49,779 bases of DNA from a virus. The position numbers were made by a program, and so were the translations under genes. The notes under the pieces were generated by a model. That model searched no databases. It was not told where the DNA came from and saw only the letters and a program-made list of their open reading frames with translations. The stretch lies in IMG/VR virus record IMGVR_UViG_3300021387_001333, positions 1 to 49,779 of that record. The stretch is one strand, 5' to 3'. This document shows positions 21,254 to 29,774 of this stretch, one piece after another (the stretch's first letter is position 1; each line of letters begins with the position of its first letter).

Positions 21254-21560
21254 CGAAATCATCATGAGCCTGTCCGAGATTGCTAACAAGCCCACAGAGG
21301 GCGGTATGGTGGACGGAGTGAACCAGCAGACAATCAGGGACGCGCTGGAGCTGATCAACTACCAGAACGAACACATTGAGGCGTTTTTGAAAGATCAGGA
21401 AGAGAAAATAAAGCCTGTTCTCAACGACAGGCAATATGAAGATCGCCCTTTGCATTATGCGCGTTATAGTTTCTGCCCGAGTTGCCATCAAACCCTTTCT
21501 TGGCTATACAATCGAAAATACTGCGGAATATGCGGACAGGCGGTGAAGTGGGATGGATAA
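21240..21560 (+). CDS. Zinc-ribbon protein
   Basis: CPSCHQ...CGICGQ pattern. Confidence 0.6.
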   Translation: MMNYDEIIMSLSEIANKPTEGGMVDGVNQQTIRDALELINYQNEHIEAFLKDQEEKIKPVLNDRQYEDRPLHYARYSFCPSCHQTLSWLYNRKYCGICGQAVKWDG

Positions 21561-21957
21561 AACGGAGAGGATTATCAATGATTTGAACGTGGTAAAAATC
21601 ACATTATGCAATCCGCAAATGCTAATTACTCCAGAAATGCGCGTCAGAATCGGACAGGTTATCACAAGTGCCATTGATCTGCTGAAAGAGCAGGAGCCGA
21701 GGGTGATGACGCTGGAAGATGTGAAACAAGCAGAAGTTGGAACCGTGGTTTGGTTGGAGTGGCGTATAGAAAGTAAGATAAATTCTGGAATTTTTTTCAG
21801 GCTTATCAATAAAGGAATTGATGATTCATTGGAATTTCACGTATTGGATGGTTTTGTGGCAGCAAGATTGGCTTGCTACGGAACTGAGTGGCGCTGCTGG
21901 ACTTCCCGACCAACGGACGAACAGCGGAAGGCGGTGAAGTGGTATGAGGCTGATTGA
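21553..21957 (+). CDS. Conserved phage protein, function unknown
   Basis: ORF track. The sequence ...YGTEWRCWTSRPTDEQRKAVKW is a recurrent C-terminal pattern in Firmicutes phages (recollection). Confidence 0.65.
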   Translation: MDKTERIINDLNVVKITLCNPQMLITPEMRVRIGQVITSAIDLLKEQEPRVMTLEDVKQAEVGTVVWLEWRIESKINSGIFFRLINKGIDDSLEFHVLDGFVAARLACYGTEWRCWTSRPTDEQRKAVKWYEAD

Positions 21958-22339
21958 TGCGGATGCTTTAATTGCTGAAACAATGAAAAACCGATGCGCT
22001 GATTGCGATAAGCGCAAAGGCATAAAGCAAGGGAAAACAACCTTTGTGTATGACTTCGGTGAAGCGCCGTGCCGTGCTTGTGATGTCGGTGACATGATTG
22101 ACACGATTGATGAAGCTACGACCATCAGCGGCTGGATCAGCGTCAAGGACAGACTGCCGGAAAAGAACCAGATCGTGATTGCGTCTGACGGAGAGCATAC
22201 ATGGGACGTTGGAATGTACAAAAGATTTTGCGGCAAACCATTTGAGTGGAACTGGAAAAAGAACACCATTAAAACCGTACTATGGTGGATGCCAAAGGAT
22301 GCCGCTTCCAGAACCGCCGAAGGAGGACAAAGACGATGA
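21944..22339 (+). CDS. DUF551-like protein with an altered C-terminus (10-nt tandem duplication)
   Basis: The GWISVKDRLPEKNQ motif is present. GGATGCCAAA followed by GGATGCCGCT at 22288-22307 shifts the frame away from the expected WMPLPEPPKEDKDDD ending, which is still readable in another frame. Confidence 0.7.
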   Translation: MRLIDADALIAETMKNRCADCDKRKGIKQGKTTFVYDFGEAPCRACDVGDMIDTIDEATTISGWISVKDRLPEKNQIVIASDGEHTWDVGMYKRFCGKPFEWNWKKNTIKTVLWWMPKDAASRTAEGGQRR

Positions 22340-22743
22340 CTGACCGGGAAAGAATCATCACAGCTTTTGAAAAGTGTATCAGGATCACGGAAGACGGCGA
22401 AATGGTTTCCGATTGTGAGCACTGCCCTTATAAGTCAAAAGAATGGGAGAAAAAAGGATTCGCGGCCTGCGATGAATTTTCGGAACTGACCGTCGAAGTG
22501 CCGTGGCAGTTGGCGGACGATCTTCTGAAGCTTGCAAAGGACAATAATGTCCCTGACAAAAAGCCCGGAGGTCTGACCAGTATCGGATATAACTATATCA
22601 TTGATCAGGTGGTAAACAGAAAGGTTCAGCCGCCGAAAGAGATGTATACGATGGAACTCAGCGCATGGCTGACCGGTTATGCCAAATGTCAGAACGATAT
22701 TATCGACATCATCAACAAGCTAAAAGATCAGTACGGGAGGTAA
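22336..22743 (+). CDS. Hypothetical protein
   Basis: ATG 22336 is in the frame of ORF 22282..22743. Confidence 0.65.
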   Translation: MTDRERIITAFEKCIRITEDGEMVSDCEHCPYKSKEWEKKGFAACDEFSELTVEVPWQLADDLLKLAKDNNVPDKKPGGLTSIGYNYIIDQVVNRKVQPPKEMYTMELSAWLTGYAKCQNDIIDIINKLKDQYGR

Positions 22744-22747
22744 CAAA

Positions 22748-22927
22748 ATGCCTGAACAAATGGAATTCTGCCGGCACGTATGGCTCTACGATCACACGGA
22801 TCATGATACCGTCTACATGCGCTGCCCCTACTGCAATATGGTCCGGCTGGCAATGCCCGGGGAGACGTGCCATATCGTCAATCAGGAGCTACGCATCCGG
22901 CACGATGGAGAGGAGGGGGATGCCTGA
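22748..22927 (+). CDS. Small Cys-containing protein (59 aa, below the ORF-track cutoff)
   Basis: ATG 22748 ... CPYCN ... stop TGA 22925-22927. It is packed between its neighbours. Confidence 0.5.
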   Translation: MPEQMEFCRHVWLYDHTDHDTVYMRCPYCNMVRLAMPGETCHIVNQELRIRHDGEEGDA

Positions 22928-23106
22928 TGCCCTACACGGTTTACCGGACGGAAAACGGGATGCCGGATATGATCATCGGCGTTGTACAGACACCCGGCGA
23001 AGCCGCTAACATCATAGAGGAGGATCGGCAATGGCTGGGCCGGGAAGCGGATTACCGCTGGCACTATGAGGAGGGCAAAGATGACGCAAAAAGATATGAT
23101 CCTTGA
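22927..23106 (+). CDS. Small acidic protein
   Basis: ATG 22927 (TGATG overlap), in the frame of ORF 22867..23106. Confidence 0.5.
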   Translation: MPYTVYRTENGMPDMIIGVVQTPGEAANIIEEDRQWLGREADYRWHYEEGKDDAKRYDP

Positions 23107-23299
23107 TTATATAAAAAAATACGGCTCCATCACCCAATCTGAATCTATCGCCTATTTGGGCTGTTACCGCTTACCAGCCCGCATCTATGACCTCAAGCTC
23201 CGGGGTCACAAGTTTAACCGTGTCATGGAAACCGGCCTCAACCGCTTCGGCGCAAAAGAATCCCACGCCCGTTATTTTCTCGTAAAACAGCCCGGATGA
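23081..23299 (+). CDS. Winged-helix DNA-binding protein
   Basis: ATG 23081 follows GGAGGGCAAAG. The sequence ILDYIKKYGSITQSESIAYLGCYRLPARIYDLKLRGHKF has a wHTH-like pattern. Confidence 0.6.
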   Translation: MTQKDMILDYIKKYGSITQSESIAYLGCYRLPARIYDLKLRGHKFNRVMETGLNRFGAKESHARYFLVKQPG

Positions 23300-23306
23300 G
23301 CCATTA

Positions 23307-23326
23307 TTTACGTTTTTGTAGGTGAA
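23307..23326 (+). promoter_or_regulatory. Late-operon motif TTTACGTTTTTGTAGGTGAA, copy 1
   Basis: It is 20/20 identical to 29653-29672 and lies upstream of the packaging operon. No sigma70 -10 sits at the proper spacing. Confidence 0.45.
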
Positions 23327-23354
23327 TTTCAACGGAAAGGACGGTAAACTCAAC

Positions 23355-23588
23355 GTGAAACATCTCTCCTACTCCACCATCCATACCGCGAGAGATGGAG
23401 TAGACGAACTGGACAGGATCAGGCGGGAAAAAAAGATTTCACAGATGAGCATTTCAGAACTCGCAGATATGCCTGATGAAGGGACGCAATATTACCGCAT
23501 GTACAAATCCGGGGACATCACGATCAGCAAATTCCTGCGCTTCTTAAAGGCCCTAGGCTATCAGTTAGTGATCATGAAGGAGGAATGA
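23355..23588 (+). CDS. HTH protein at the head of the packaging operon
   Basis: GTG 23355 is in the frame of ORF 23322..23588. ISQMSISELADM is HTH-like. The start is uncertain. Confidence 0.5.
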   Translation: MKHLSYSTIHTARDGVDELDRIRREKKISQMSISELADMPDEGTQYYRMYKSGDITISKFLRFLKALGYQLVIMKEE

Positions 23589-23589
23589 G

Positions 23590-24360
23590 ATGGCTGTCAA
23601 TAAAGCGTTCGACCACAGTAAATATAAAGATTGGATTGACCCGAACACCGTGGTTCCGTATGAAAAGAACGCCAAGATTCACACGGACAAACAGGTGAAG
23701 AATATCTGTACCAGCATCCGGCGGTTCGGATGGCAACAGGATACCGTGCTTACTTCCGACAACGTGTTAGTCATCGGTCACGGCAGACGGCTTGCCGCGC
23801 TGGAACTTGGGTGTGAAATGCCGTACCACAGGATCGACAAGGAAGCAGACGAGCTGACGGAAAAGGACATCCGGGAACTCAGGATCGCGGACAACCAGAC
23901 CAACTCAGAGACTGGATATGATTTTGAAATCCTCAGCAATGATATATCTGATCTGAGCTTTGAAGGGTTTGATTTTTCCTTTCAGGAAGACATTGAGGAA
24001 GCTGAAAAGGAAGACAACAAATATTCAACAGAAACAAAGATTCCGCAGTATGAGCCAAGTGGAGAGCCGTCCGTTGTTGAACTGATATCGACTGGAAAAG
24101 TTGATGGAATGATTGAGGAAATTGAAGCATCAAGTGTATCCGAGGAAGAGAAGGAATTTCTTCGGATTGCCGCATACAGGCATGCGGTGATCAATTTCGA
24201 CAAGGTTGCGGACTACTATGCAAATGCTTCTGCTGAAATGCAACGCCTGATGGAGAGGAGCGCATTGGTGCTGATTGGTCTTGATGATGCAATTGCCAAT
24301 GGATACACAACACTTACGGCGGCTCTTGATGACCTGATGGAGGAAGACTTGGATGAGTGA
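23590..24360 (+). CDS. ParB N-terminal (ParB-like nuclease) domain protein
   Basis: VPYEKNAKIHTDKQVKNICTSIRRFGWQQD..LTSDNVLVIGHGRRLAALELG is a ParB/Srx-fold signature. Confidence 0.8.
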   Translation: MAVNKAFDHSKYKDWIDPNTVVPYEKNAKIHTDKQVKNICTSIRRFGWQQDTVLTSDNVLVIGHGRRLAALELGCEMPYHRIDKEADELTEKDIRELRIADNQTNSETGYDFEILSNDISDLSFEGFDFSFQEDIEEAEKEDNKYSTETKIPQYEPSGEPSVVELISTGKVDGMIEEIEASSVSEEEKEFLRIAAYRHAVINFDKVADYYANASAEMQRLMERSALVLIGLDDAIANGYTTLTAALDDLMEEDLDE

Positions 24361-25207
24361 ACGCAACATGGCTGTGTTTATTCTCACGCATGGAAGGGCT
24401 GACAATGTGCATACCTACAAAGCCCTCAGGTCGCATGGGTATACTGGGAAAATCTATCTTGTGATTGATGATGAGGATGATCAGGAAGAGCTTTATCGGA
24501 ACACATACGGAGATGAGGTTGTCCAATTCTGCAAAGAGGAATATATAAAGAAAAGCATGTGCATCAATCCTGACAAGCCAAGGAAAGTGATTCTGTATGC
24601 GAGAAACGCTTGCTTTGATATAGCAAAAAAGTTGGGTATAACTCATTTCGTTGAAATGGATGATGATTATTCAGCTTTTCAATGGAGATATGATGACGGC
24701 GAGAGGCTGAGAGCAAAAGAGTGCGGCAATCTGGACAGAATATTTTCTGCCTTTTTTGATTTTATGGAAGCAAGCAAAGCCTCTTCGATTGCGTTTGGTC
24801 AGGGTGGTGATCTTCTGGGCGGCAGGAATGGAGGATGGAAGAAAAACCCATTGAAGCGGAAAGCCATGAACTCCTTTTTCTGCATCACAGAAAAGCCAAT
24901 AGGGTTTATCGGCAGTATCAACGAGGATGTTAATACCTATGTGACAAAAGGCAATCGTGGAGAGTTGTTTTTCAGCGTTATGCGGCTGATTCTGGTGCAG
25001 GGTGAAACCCAGAGCAACAAGGGTGGCATGACAGAAACCTATATTGAAAACGGAACGTATGTGAAGACTTTCCCGTCCGTGATGCTCAATCCCTCATGTG
25101 TAAAGGTTGGAATGATGGGACAGTCAGGAAAGAGAATACACCACAAGATTGCATGGAAGAATGCAGTACCAAAAATACTGAGTGAGAGGTGGAGAAAGTA
25201 TGAATGA
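24353..25207 (+). CDS. GT-A-like nucleotide-sugar transferase-like protein (tentative)
   Basis: The N-terminus AVFILTHGRADN looks like a beta-strand and loop, and VEMDDDYS is a DxD-like motif. I found no motif of a typical virion protein. The fold assignment is by eye only. Confidence 0.5.
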   Translation: MSERNMAVFILTHGRADNVHTYKALRSHGYTGKIYLVIDDEDDQEELYRNTYGDEVVQFCKEEYIKKSMCINPDKPRKVILYARNACFDIAKKLGITHFVEMDDDYSAFQWRYDDGERLRAKECGNLDRIFSAFFDFMEASKASSIAFGQGGDLLGGRNGGWKKNPLKRKAMNSFFCITEKPIGFIGSINEDVNTYVTKGNRGELFFSVMRLILVQGETQSNKGGMTETYIENGTYVKTFPSVMLNPSCVKVGMMGQSGKRIHHKIAWKNAVPKILSERWRKYE

Positions 25208-25583
25208 CGATAGACCGAAATCGCCAATAAATGGCGTTCCGCTCCCAAGAGGAAAGCCTTTTGAACGGGGGGAGGAACAGAGGGAAAAAGCAAGGAAAGC
25301 CGGATTGATTTCCGGGGAGGTCAGAAGGGCAAGGAAAACACTTCGGGAAGAATTGCTTGAGTTGCTGACCGTTGAAGTTGTTGACAGCAAAGGCAACAAA
25401 AACAGCACTCAGGCGGCTCTGTCGAGTGCACTTATCAAGCAAGCCCTGAGGGGCAATACAAAGGCTTTTGAGATCATCCGTGATACGATCGGCGAAAAAC
25501 CCGCAGAAAACGTGAATCTTATTTCATCTGATTTTTCAGCCCTTGACGAAGCATTTGAAAAAATGGAAGGTAAGGGAAAATGA
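25200..25583 (+). CDS. terS: Terminase small subunit
   Basis: Its position is directly upstream of terL. The basic N-terminus contains ...REKARKAGLISGEVRRARKTLREELLELL. Confidence 0.7.
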   Translation: MNDDRPKSPINGVPLPRGKPFERGEEQREKARKAGLISGEVRRARKTLREELLELLTVEVVDSKGNKNSTQAALSSALIKQALRGNTKAFEIIRDTIGEKPAENVNLISSDFSALDEAFEKMEGKGK

Positions 25584-26854
25584 CAGCGCAGGAAAAGGCG
25601 GCAAAACTGATTGAACATCCTGCCGTCTTGGGTTGGGCGTTGGGATATACAGGATTCACGGAAGAACTGCATGGGGAATGGATCAGGAAGATGGTCACCG
25701 CCAAGGATGACATGACCTTGCAGGCCCACCGTGGCAGTTATAAAACAACATGTCTGTGCGTGGCGATTGCCCTGTTGATGATCAAGGATCGAAATAAAAA
25801 CATCATTTTCCTCCGCAAAACAGATTCAGATGTCGCCGAGGTCGTGCAGAACGTGGAACGCATTCTGCTTTCCCCCGTCTTCCAGAATATTTACAAAGCC
25901 CTGTCCGGCGATGACTTGAAGATTCTGAAAAGCACAAATACGGAAATCACCACCAGTGCATACTCAGCCCCAAGGGGATCAGCACAGCTACAGGGCATGG
26001 GCATCGGTGGGAGCCTGACCGGGAAACACGCCGATATTATCATCACAGACGATATTGTCAACCTAAAAGACCGCCAATCCAGAGCGGAGCGTGAACACAC
26101 CAAGGCGGTCGTGCAGGAACTACGGAACATCTGCAACCGTTCAGGCCGCTTCATCAACACCGGCACACCATGGCACAAGGAAGATGCTTTCACCTTGATG
26201 CCGGAGCCGGACAGATATGATTGCTACGAGACCGGCCTATTATCCAAAGAACAGATCGAAACGCTCCGGCGATCCATGTCTCCGTCCCTTTTCGCCGCCA
26301 ACTACGAACTGCGCCACATCGCCAGCGAAAACGCTCTCTTCACAACGCCGCCGCAGTTCACCTCCGACCCCGCACTGCTCCGAGACGGCAAAGCCCACGT
26401 TGATGCCGCTTACGGCGGTGAGGACTACACCGCATTCACCTGCGGCAAGCGCATCGGCGACAAACTTTACCTATACGGGCGGATGTGGCATTTACACGTT
26501 GATTCCGTCCTTGCCCCCATCGTCGAAGAGGCGAACCGCCTTATGTGCGGCCCTATCTTGTGTGAAGACAACGGCGATAAGGGCTTCTTAGCTCGGGAAA
26601 TTCAAAAAAACGGCGGCAAGGCAACTACCTACCACGAGCGGGAAAACAAATACATCAAAATAAGTACCTATCTCCGCAAGTGGTGGCCCAACATCGTCTG
26701 GCTCGAAGGAACCGACCGCGATTACATCGCTCAGATTCTCGACTATACTGAGGACGCTGAACACGATGACGCTCCCGACAGCGCGTCCGTTCTCTGCCGC
26801 TATTACGACCGCAAATCCGGCGTATCCTACCAATCTCCCCTGTTTAAACGATAA
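25580..26854 (+). CDS. terL: Terminase large subunit
   Basis: 424 aa. It has an ATPase region (HRGSYKTT ... IIITDD) and a nuclease-type C-terminal half. Position also supports the call. Confidence 0.9.
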   Translation: MTAQEKAAKLIEHPAVLGWALGYTGFTEELHGEWIRKMVTAKDDMTLQAHRGSYKTTCLCVAIALLMIKDRNKNIIFLRKTDSDVAEVVQNVERILLSPVFQNIYKALSGDDLKILKSTNTEITTSAYSAPRGSAQLQGMGIGGSLTGKHADIIITDDIVNLKDRQSRAEREHTKAVVQELRNICNRSGRFINTGTPWHKEDAFTLMPEPDRYDCYETGLLSKEQIETLRRSMSPSLFAANYELRHIASENALFTTPPQFTSDPALLRDGKAHVDAAYGGEDYTAFTCGKRIGDKLYLYGRMWHLHVDSVLAPIVEEANRLMCGPILCEDNGDKGFLAREIQKNGGKATTYHERENKYIKISTYLRKWWPNIVWLEGTDRDYIAQILDYTEDAEHDDAPDSASVLCRYYDRKSGVSYQSPLFKR

Positions 26855-26863
26855 CGAAAGAAG

Positions 26864-28231
26864 GTGAGCCCGTTGATTACCTATCAGGACTACTTAGCCG
26901 CCCCGGACAAAAACAAATTTATCGTTTCTTCCATCGCTGCCTATAAGCGCAGCAAAGCCTACCAAATCGCGCTCGATGCTAACGAGTATGATGCCCAGCG
27001 GAACGTGTCTATCAATTCCTTTGTCAAAAAGGTCTACGACATTACCGGCGTTGCCGCGCCTGATCCCGTTTCCGCCAACAACAAAATCGCTTCGAATTTC
27101 TTCCACCGCCTGAACACTGACCGTTGCTCGTACTCCTTGGGCAACGGCATTACCTTTCCCAAATCGGCTGTGGACAACAAAAAATTCATGGGCGATGACA
27201 TCGACACCAAGATATCTGATGCCGCCTATCACGCCCTGATTCATGGCGCGAGCTACCTTTACTGCAACGGAACGGACTATACGGTATTCCAGATGACGGA
27301 GTTCCTGCCGCTGTTTGACGAGGAAACGGGGATCGTGCGCGCCGGGATTCGCTTCTGGTCTCTTGACTGGCGGCGCAGACCCGGTTACTGTGTTTTGTAT
27401 GAAGATGACGGGCTTACGAAATACCGCAGCAAAGACGGCAAGCCCGGCCTTTCCCAGATCGAACTCATGCAAGAAAAGCAATCCTATAAAGTCACCGTCC
27501 GCTACAGCGAAGCAGACGGGGAGGAAGTGATCGCGGAGGACAATTACAGTGCCCTCCCAATCGTCCCCTTCTACGCCGGTCGTTCCCGGCAAAGCACCCT
27601 CGTCGGGATGCGGGCAAATATCGACGCCTTTGACCTCATTCATAGCGGTTTTGCAAACGACCTACAGGACTGCGCACAAGTTTACTGGCTGATCAGCAAC
27701 GCTATGGGCATGGACGATGACGATGTGGCAAAGCTGCGTGACCGTATGCTCTACCAGCACTACGCCGTCGTAGATAAGGACAACAGCGATATTCACGCCT
27801 ACACCCAAGACATCCCCTATGAGGCCCGAATGAACTGCCTCAAATCCATCCGCTCCCAGCTCTACGAGGACTTTGCGGTGCTGGACGTGCATACCGTTGC
27901 CGCCGGGGCGACCAACGACCATATCGATGCCGCCTACCAGCCGATGGACGAAGAAGCGGACCTGTTTGAGTACGAGATCATCAAGGCCGTCAAACAGATC
28001 GAGCGGATTTTAGGCCTTGAGCCCTTAGTCCCGCAGTTCAAACGCAACCGTATCAGCAACCAGCTGGAGCAGACGGAAATGGTGATGTCGGCCCTCGAGA
28101 TCATCGACCCCGAAACTGCCCGTACCAAGCTCCCGTGGATCACGGTAGACGAGCTGGAGCAGATCAAAAATAACATGGCCCGTAACGAAGGCCGGAGGCT
28201 TACTACAGACGATGAAGTGAGGACAGAGTAA
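26864..28231 (+). CDS. Portal protein (SPP1 gp6-like)
   Basis: 455 aa, directly after terL and before the MuF-like gene. GTG 26864 or TTG 26873 is the start. Confidence 0.85.
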   Translation: MSPLITYQDYLAAPDKNKFIVSSIAAYKRSKAYQIALDANEYDAQRNVSINSFVKKVYDITGVAAPDPVSANNKIASNFFHRLNTDRCSYSLGNGITFPKSAVDNKKFMGDDIDTKISDAAYHALIHGASYLYCNGTDYTVFQMTEFLPLFDEETGIVRAGIRFWSLDWRRRPGYCVLYEDDGLTKYRSKDGKPGLSQIELMQEKQSYKVTVRYSEADGEEVIAEDNYSALPIVPFYAGRSRQSTLVGMRANIDAFDLIHSGFANDLQDCAQVYWLISNAMGMDDDDVAKLRDRMLYQHYAVVDKDNSDIHAYTQDIPYEARMNCLKSIRSQLYEDFAVLDVHTVAAGATNDHIDAAYQPMDEEADLFEYEIIKAVKQIERILGLEPLVPQFKRNRISNQLEQTEMVMSALEIIDPETARTKLPWITVDELEQIKNNMARNEGRRLTTDDEVRTE

Positions 28232-29202
28232 TGGCCGATCCCGGAACCAGGTACGCGGACGAACGGCAGAAGGAAATCGAACGCCGCATCCGCTCCATCT
28301 ACGTGGCAGCGGCGCGGGAGATCATCGAACGCCTGAACCGACACTCCTCCGCCATGTACAAAAAAGACAGGCAGAAGCGGGCTGAACGGGATGCCGGGGT
28401 CATCACCAACAAGCAGTACAAGGACTGGCTGCGCGGACAGATGTTTATCGAAAATATCTGGAAGGATCAGATTCAGTCCGCCGCTTCCGTTCTCTTGACC
28501 GCTAACCAGCAAGCGAACGCCATCGTCGAGGGCGAGCGTCGGGCTGTTTTTACAGAGAACGCCAACTATCAGGCCTACCGGATTGAAAAGGACAGCCGGG
28601 GAGCTGTTTCATTCAGCCTGTACGATTCCGCCACCGTCACCCGCCTTTTGCGCGATCAGCCGGAGCTAATACCGCCCAAGCACGTTGACGGCAAACGGGA
28701 TCAGGCTTGGAACCGGGAAAAGATTTCCGCCATCATCGCCCGTGGGGTCATCACCGGCTCCCCCATTCAGGAAATCGCTAAGCACATCGGGAACGAGTGC
28801 GGCTCAAGCAACGAAAAAGCCATGCTCCGCTATGCCCGTACCGCCATGACCGCCGCCCAGAACGCCGGACGCATCGAAGTCATGCGCGAATCACAGGATA
28901 TGGGCATCAAGGTCAAAAAGCTCTGGATTTCCACCCTGGACGAGCGCACCCGCCCCGCTCACCAAATGCTGGACGGGGACGTGGTAAACGTGGATGAACC
29001 TTTTTCCTCTATCTTGGGCCCCATCATGTACCCCGGCGACCCGGCGGCGGATGAAGCGAATACCTGGAATTGTCGTTGCGTTCTGGGCTACGAATACCCG
29101 GAATATCAAAGCCTGGATGTGATGCGCTACGATCAGGAAGCCGAGGAGGATATTGATGATATCACCTATTCCGAATGGAAGCGAAGAAAAGGAAGCGATT
29201 AA
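28231..29202 (+). CDS. Minor head protein (Mu F / SPP1 gp7 family)
   Basis: ...STLDERTRPAHQMLDG...NCRC motif. Confidence 0.85.
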   Translation: MADPGTRYADERQKEIERRIRSIYVAAAREIIERLNRHSSAMYKKDRQKRAERDAGVITNKQYKDWLRGQMFIENIWKDQIQSAASVLLTANQQANAIVEGERRAVFTENANYQAYRIEKDSRGAVSFSLYDSATVTRLLRDQPELIPPKHVDGKRDQAWNREKISAIIARGVITGSPIQEIAKHIGNECGSSNEKAMLRYARTAMTAAQNAGRIEVMRESQDMGIKVKKLWISTLDERTRPAHQMLDGDVVNVDEPFSSILGPIMYPGDPAADEANTWNCRCVLGYEYPEYQSLDVMRYDQEAEEDIDDITYSEWKRRKGSD

Positions 29203-29592
29203 ATGGCTCAAAAAACCTTTGCCCTCTCCGTGACCTCACACCGCCACACCGTCGAATCTGACGTTACCAAGGCCATTTACCGGGCCTTGGAAATCTGCGG
29301 CGGGAAAGCGGAAACCTACGCAAAAAAGCTCTGTCCCGTCGATACCGGCAACCTCCGCAACAGCATCACCCACCAGCGCGAGGGAGATGATACAGAGCTG
29401 ATCGCAACGGCGGTGACGTATGCCCCGTATGTGGAGATCGGCCATCATCAGGAACCCGGTCGATACGTTCCCGCTATCGGCAAACGGCTCGTCGCTTCCT
29501 ACGTTCCCGGAAAGCCGTACATGGCCCCAGCCTTACAAAACCATGTTTCGGAATATAAAGAAGTATTTGAAACCGAACTAAGCAAAATATAA
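29203..29592 (+). CDS. HK97 gp10-like protein
   Basis: ...AKKLCPVDTGNLRNSI...YAPYVEIG pattern. Confidence 0.6.
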   Translation: MAQKTFALSVTSHRHTVESDVTKAIYRALEICGGKAETYAKKLCPVDTGNLRNSITHQREGDDTELIATAVTYAPYVEIGHHQEPGRYVPAIGKRLVASYVPGKPYMAPALQNHVSEYKEVFETELSKI

Positions 29593-29611
29593 CCCGCTTC
29601 CCTATCCTATT

Positions 29612-29640
29612 ACCCGCCTTTTCCGGCGGGTTTTTCTTTT
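29612..29640 (+). terminator. Rho-independent terminator
   Basis: ACCCGCC-TTTTCC-GGCGGGT followed by a T-rich tail. Confidence 0.75.
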
Positions 29641-29652
29641 GTGGTCGCAGAT

Positions 29653-29672
29653 TTTACGTTTTTGTAGGTGAA
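29653..29672 (+). promoter_or_regulatory. Late-operon motif TTTACGTTTTTGTAGGTGAA, copy 2
   Basis: It is identical to 23307-23326 and lies upstream of the scaffold and capsid genes, just after a terminator. Confidence 0.45.
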
Positions 29673-29706
29673 ATCATATTTCTTATACTTTAGAATCATA
29701 AAAGAA

Positions 29707-29766
29707 GCCCGAAGGACTGGGCTATCAAACTCCGCAGGGGCGAAGGACTGCCCCCGAAGGACTGGG
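29707..29766 (+). promoter_or_regulatory. Three hairpins with the identical 8-nt loop GAAGGACT in the scaffold-gene leader
   Basis: GCCC[GAAGGACT]GGGC at 29707-29722, GGGGC[GAAGGACT]GCCCC at 29737-29754, and CCC[GAAGGACT]GGG at 29753-29766. The last shares C29753-54 with hairpin 2, and its GGG is part of the SD GGGAGG. Confidence 0.5.
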
Positions 29767-29774
29767 AGGAAAAT

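Noticed and set aside
22665-23009. 114-aa ORF-track entry overlapping two small genes
   Set aside because: It is an alternate frame (R/T/C-rich) without an SD. The compact pair 22748..22927 and 22927..23106, with coupled start and stop codons, explains the region better. The same reasoning applies to 14811..15353 inside the methyltransferase gene.
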